Positions 62,659-64,000 of a stretch of DNA of 64,000 nt are shown one piece after another; within the stretch, counting starts at the first letter, position 1, and each line of letters opens with the position of its first letter. The DNA comes from an uncultured Methanosarcinaceae archaeon (GTDB lineage: Archaea; Halobacteriota; Methanosarcinia; Methanosarcinales; Methanosarcinaceae), in assembly GCA_963847185.1 (NCBI GenBank), contig CAWJYV010000003.1, positions 1-64,000 of the forward strand. Reading direction: 5' to 3'. The notes beneath the pieces are model-generated. The model saw only the letters and a program-made list of their open reading frames with translations. It was not told the DNA's origin and did not search any database. The translations under genes were made by a program, and so were the position numbers.

Positions 62659-63480
62659 ATGATAATCATGGACAAAATATCATCAAGAGGGGAAATTGAA
62701 ACTTTGCTCATTCCATTATTCGGCAAAGCCAGAGAAAGCGAGAAAAAGTCACCCATACTTGTTGATAAAAAGGCAATTGAGATTATTAGTCAGCTCGATT
62801 ATGATTTCACATCACTGAAAATTCCTGAAAAGACGAATGTCATGATGTGTTTAAGAGCGAAGTTAATCGATAATTTTGTAAAAGATTGTTTTGGCAGAAG
62901 TGATGGAAGTGTTGCGCTGCATCTGGGCTGTGGACTTGACAGCAGGTATGACAGAATCGGAAATAGCCATGTGGACTGGTACGATGTGGATTTCCCGGAG
63001 GTAATTAGTATCCGCAGACGTTTTTATGAGGAAACTGATTGCTATCATTTGATAGGATCTTCAGTTACCGAACAGGAATGGATGGAAAAAATACCTTCTG
63101 GAAAAAAGAAGTATATTGTTATAGCCGAGGGCTTGTTTATGTACCTGAAAGAAAATGAAATTAAGCAGCTGGTAAAAAAACTTACGGAAAGGCTGGGAAA
63201 TTTCACCCTGATCTTTGACGCTTTTAGCACATTTGCTGCCAGAAAAGTAAAAAACCATCCCTCTATAAAAGAAACAGGCGCAGTTATTCAGTGGGGAGTT
63301 GATACTCCGAAAGAACTGGAAAATTGGGGACCTGAAATTCGATTTGTTGGAGAAAAGTTTTTTACTGCCAATGAAGAAATCGAGAACCTGAGTTTTGGTA
63401 TCAGGACTGCGTTTAAAATTGCAAATTTATTTCCCATTGCCAGAAAGGCCCATAGATTGTTAATCTATCAGATTGGCTAA
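62659..63480 (+). CDS. Class I SAM-dependent methyltransferase (LCM/O-methyltransferase-like)
   Basis: ETLLIPL..KA, LHLGCGLDSR, WYDVDFPEV, AEGLFMYL. Confidence 0.9.
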   Translation: MIIMDKISSRGEIETLLIPLFGKARESEKKSPILVDKKAIEIISQLDYDFTSLKIPEKTNVMMCLRAKLIDNFVKDCFGRSDGSVALHLGCGLDSRYDRIGNSHVDWYDVDFPEVISIRRRFYEETDCYHLIGSSVTEQEWMEKIPSGKKKYIVIAEGLFMYLKENEIKQLVKKLTERLGNFTLIFDAFSTFAARKVKNHPSIKETGAVIQWGVDTPKELENWGPEIRFVGEKFFTANEEIENLSFGIRTAFKIANLFPIARKAHRLLIYQIG

Positions 63481-63514
63481 AATTGAACAGATCCACTACA
63501 GTTACATAAAATGA

Positions 63515-63943
63515 TTACTTCAATAGCCACGCACGCAGGCGAGCAAGGTCAGCATCTACTCTTTTCACGTCAATCACAGAATCAGGATATATCTCCGGAT
63601 CAGCACTTCGGACCAGGCTACACATTAACCGGGCCAGTTGATTACCAGGATGCTCTTCATAGAAACTATCAGTACAACACAGGAAATGAATATCGTCTTC
63701 CAGCTCCTCTTTAGTCTTTCTGGATAGCTGTGGCGTATCAGGTACACGCACATATCCATAGTGAATTGAACATTCAATTCCTGTTCTCTTGATTTTACCC
63801 TCCTTTTCAAGCTCCTGTAAATACCTTTTGGCAGTATTCTTTCCACAACCGACATCTTTCACGATTGAAGCTACAGACTTGGAATTTTCAGAATCCAGAA
63901 CCTCCAGGAAGCTCTCTGGAGAGTATTTTTGGAAAAGTACCAT
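63515..63943 (-). CDS. wHTH DNA-binding protein with unknown C-terminal domain
   Basis: SVASIVKDVGCGKNTAKRYLQELEKEGKI HTH; AGGAG RBS before ATG 63943. Confidence 0.7.
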   Translation of the reverse strand: MVLFQKYSPESFLEVLDSENSKSVASIVKDVGCGKNTAKRYLQELEKEGKIKRTGIECSIHYGYVRVPDTPQLSRKTKEELEDDIHFLCCTDSFYEEHPGNQLARLMCSLVRSADPEIYPDSVIDVKRVDADLARLRAWLLK

Positions 63944-64000
63944 TATCCATTCTCCTAATGTATTGGTTACTATAATAGGGCACATTAAGCCCTGCACTTT

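Noticed and set aside
16259-63855. Many antisense or overlapping ORFs (e.g. 16259, 16489, 25175, 41977, 50728, 51313, 61960)
   Set aside because: Shadow frames of well-supported genes, with no motifs or RBS

Overview
This is a 64-kb AT-rich chromosomal segment of a Methanosarcina-type methanogen, judged from the fmdB, disaggregatase/DNRLRE, NosD-repeat and PGF-pre-PGF surface-protein genes, archaeal TATA boxes and GGAGGTGA-type RBSs. Housekeeping blocks include cooC, asnB, purS-purQ, rnhB, fcl, an orphan fmdB, an Lsm + RPC34/TFE-beta-like pair, two identical tRNA-Glu(TTC) genes, an ECF transporter, gpmA, a beta-CASP nuclease and DUF460. These alternate with plastic intergenic DNA holding one intact IS1 (8-bp TSD), at least five MITE families (one nested), several pseudogenes, and a dispersed, always co-oriented ~235-bp modular repeat with a covarying hairpin. 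The most notable observations are: (1) a Cys-rich ORF with an in-frame amber codon, a candidate pyrrolysine protein; (2) a clostridial-type spore photoproduct lyase divergent from a secreted glycanase-like gene; (3) a 162-bp near-identical gene-conversion tract between two inverted disaggregatase paralogues, one of them frameshifted; (4) unannotated microproteins and a rod-shaped sRNA candidate; (5) inferred MarR operators and phased TRP boxes; and (6) apparent ATA/CTG starts. No CRISPR array, integrase or reverse transcriptase was seen. All calls are by eye, without database searches.
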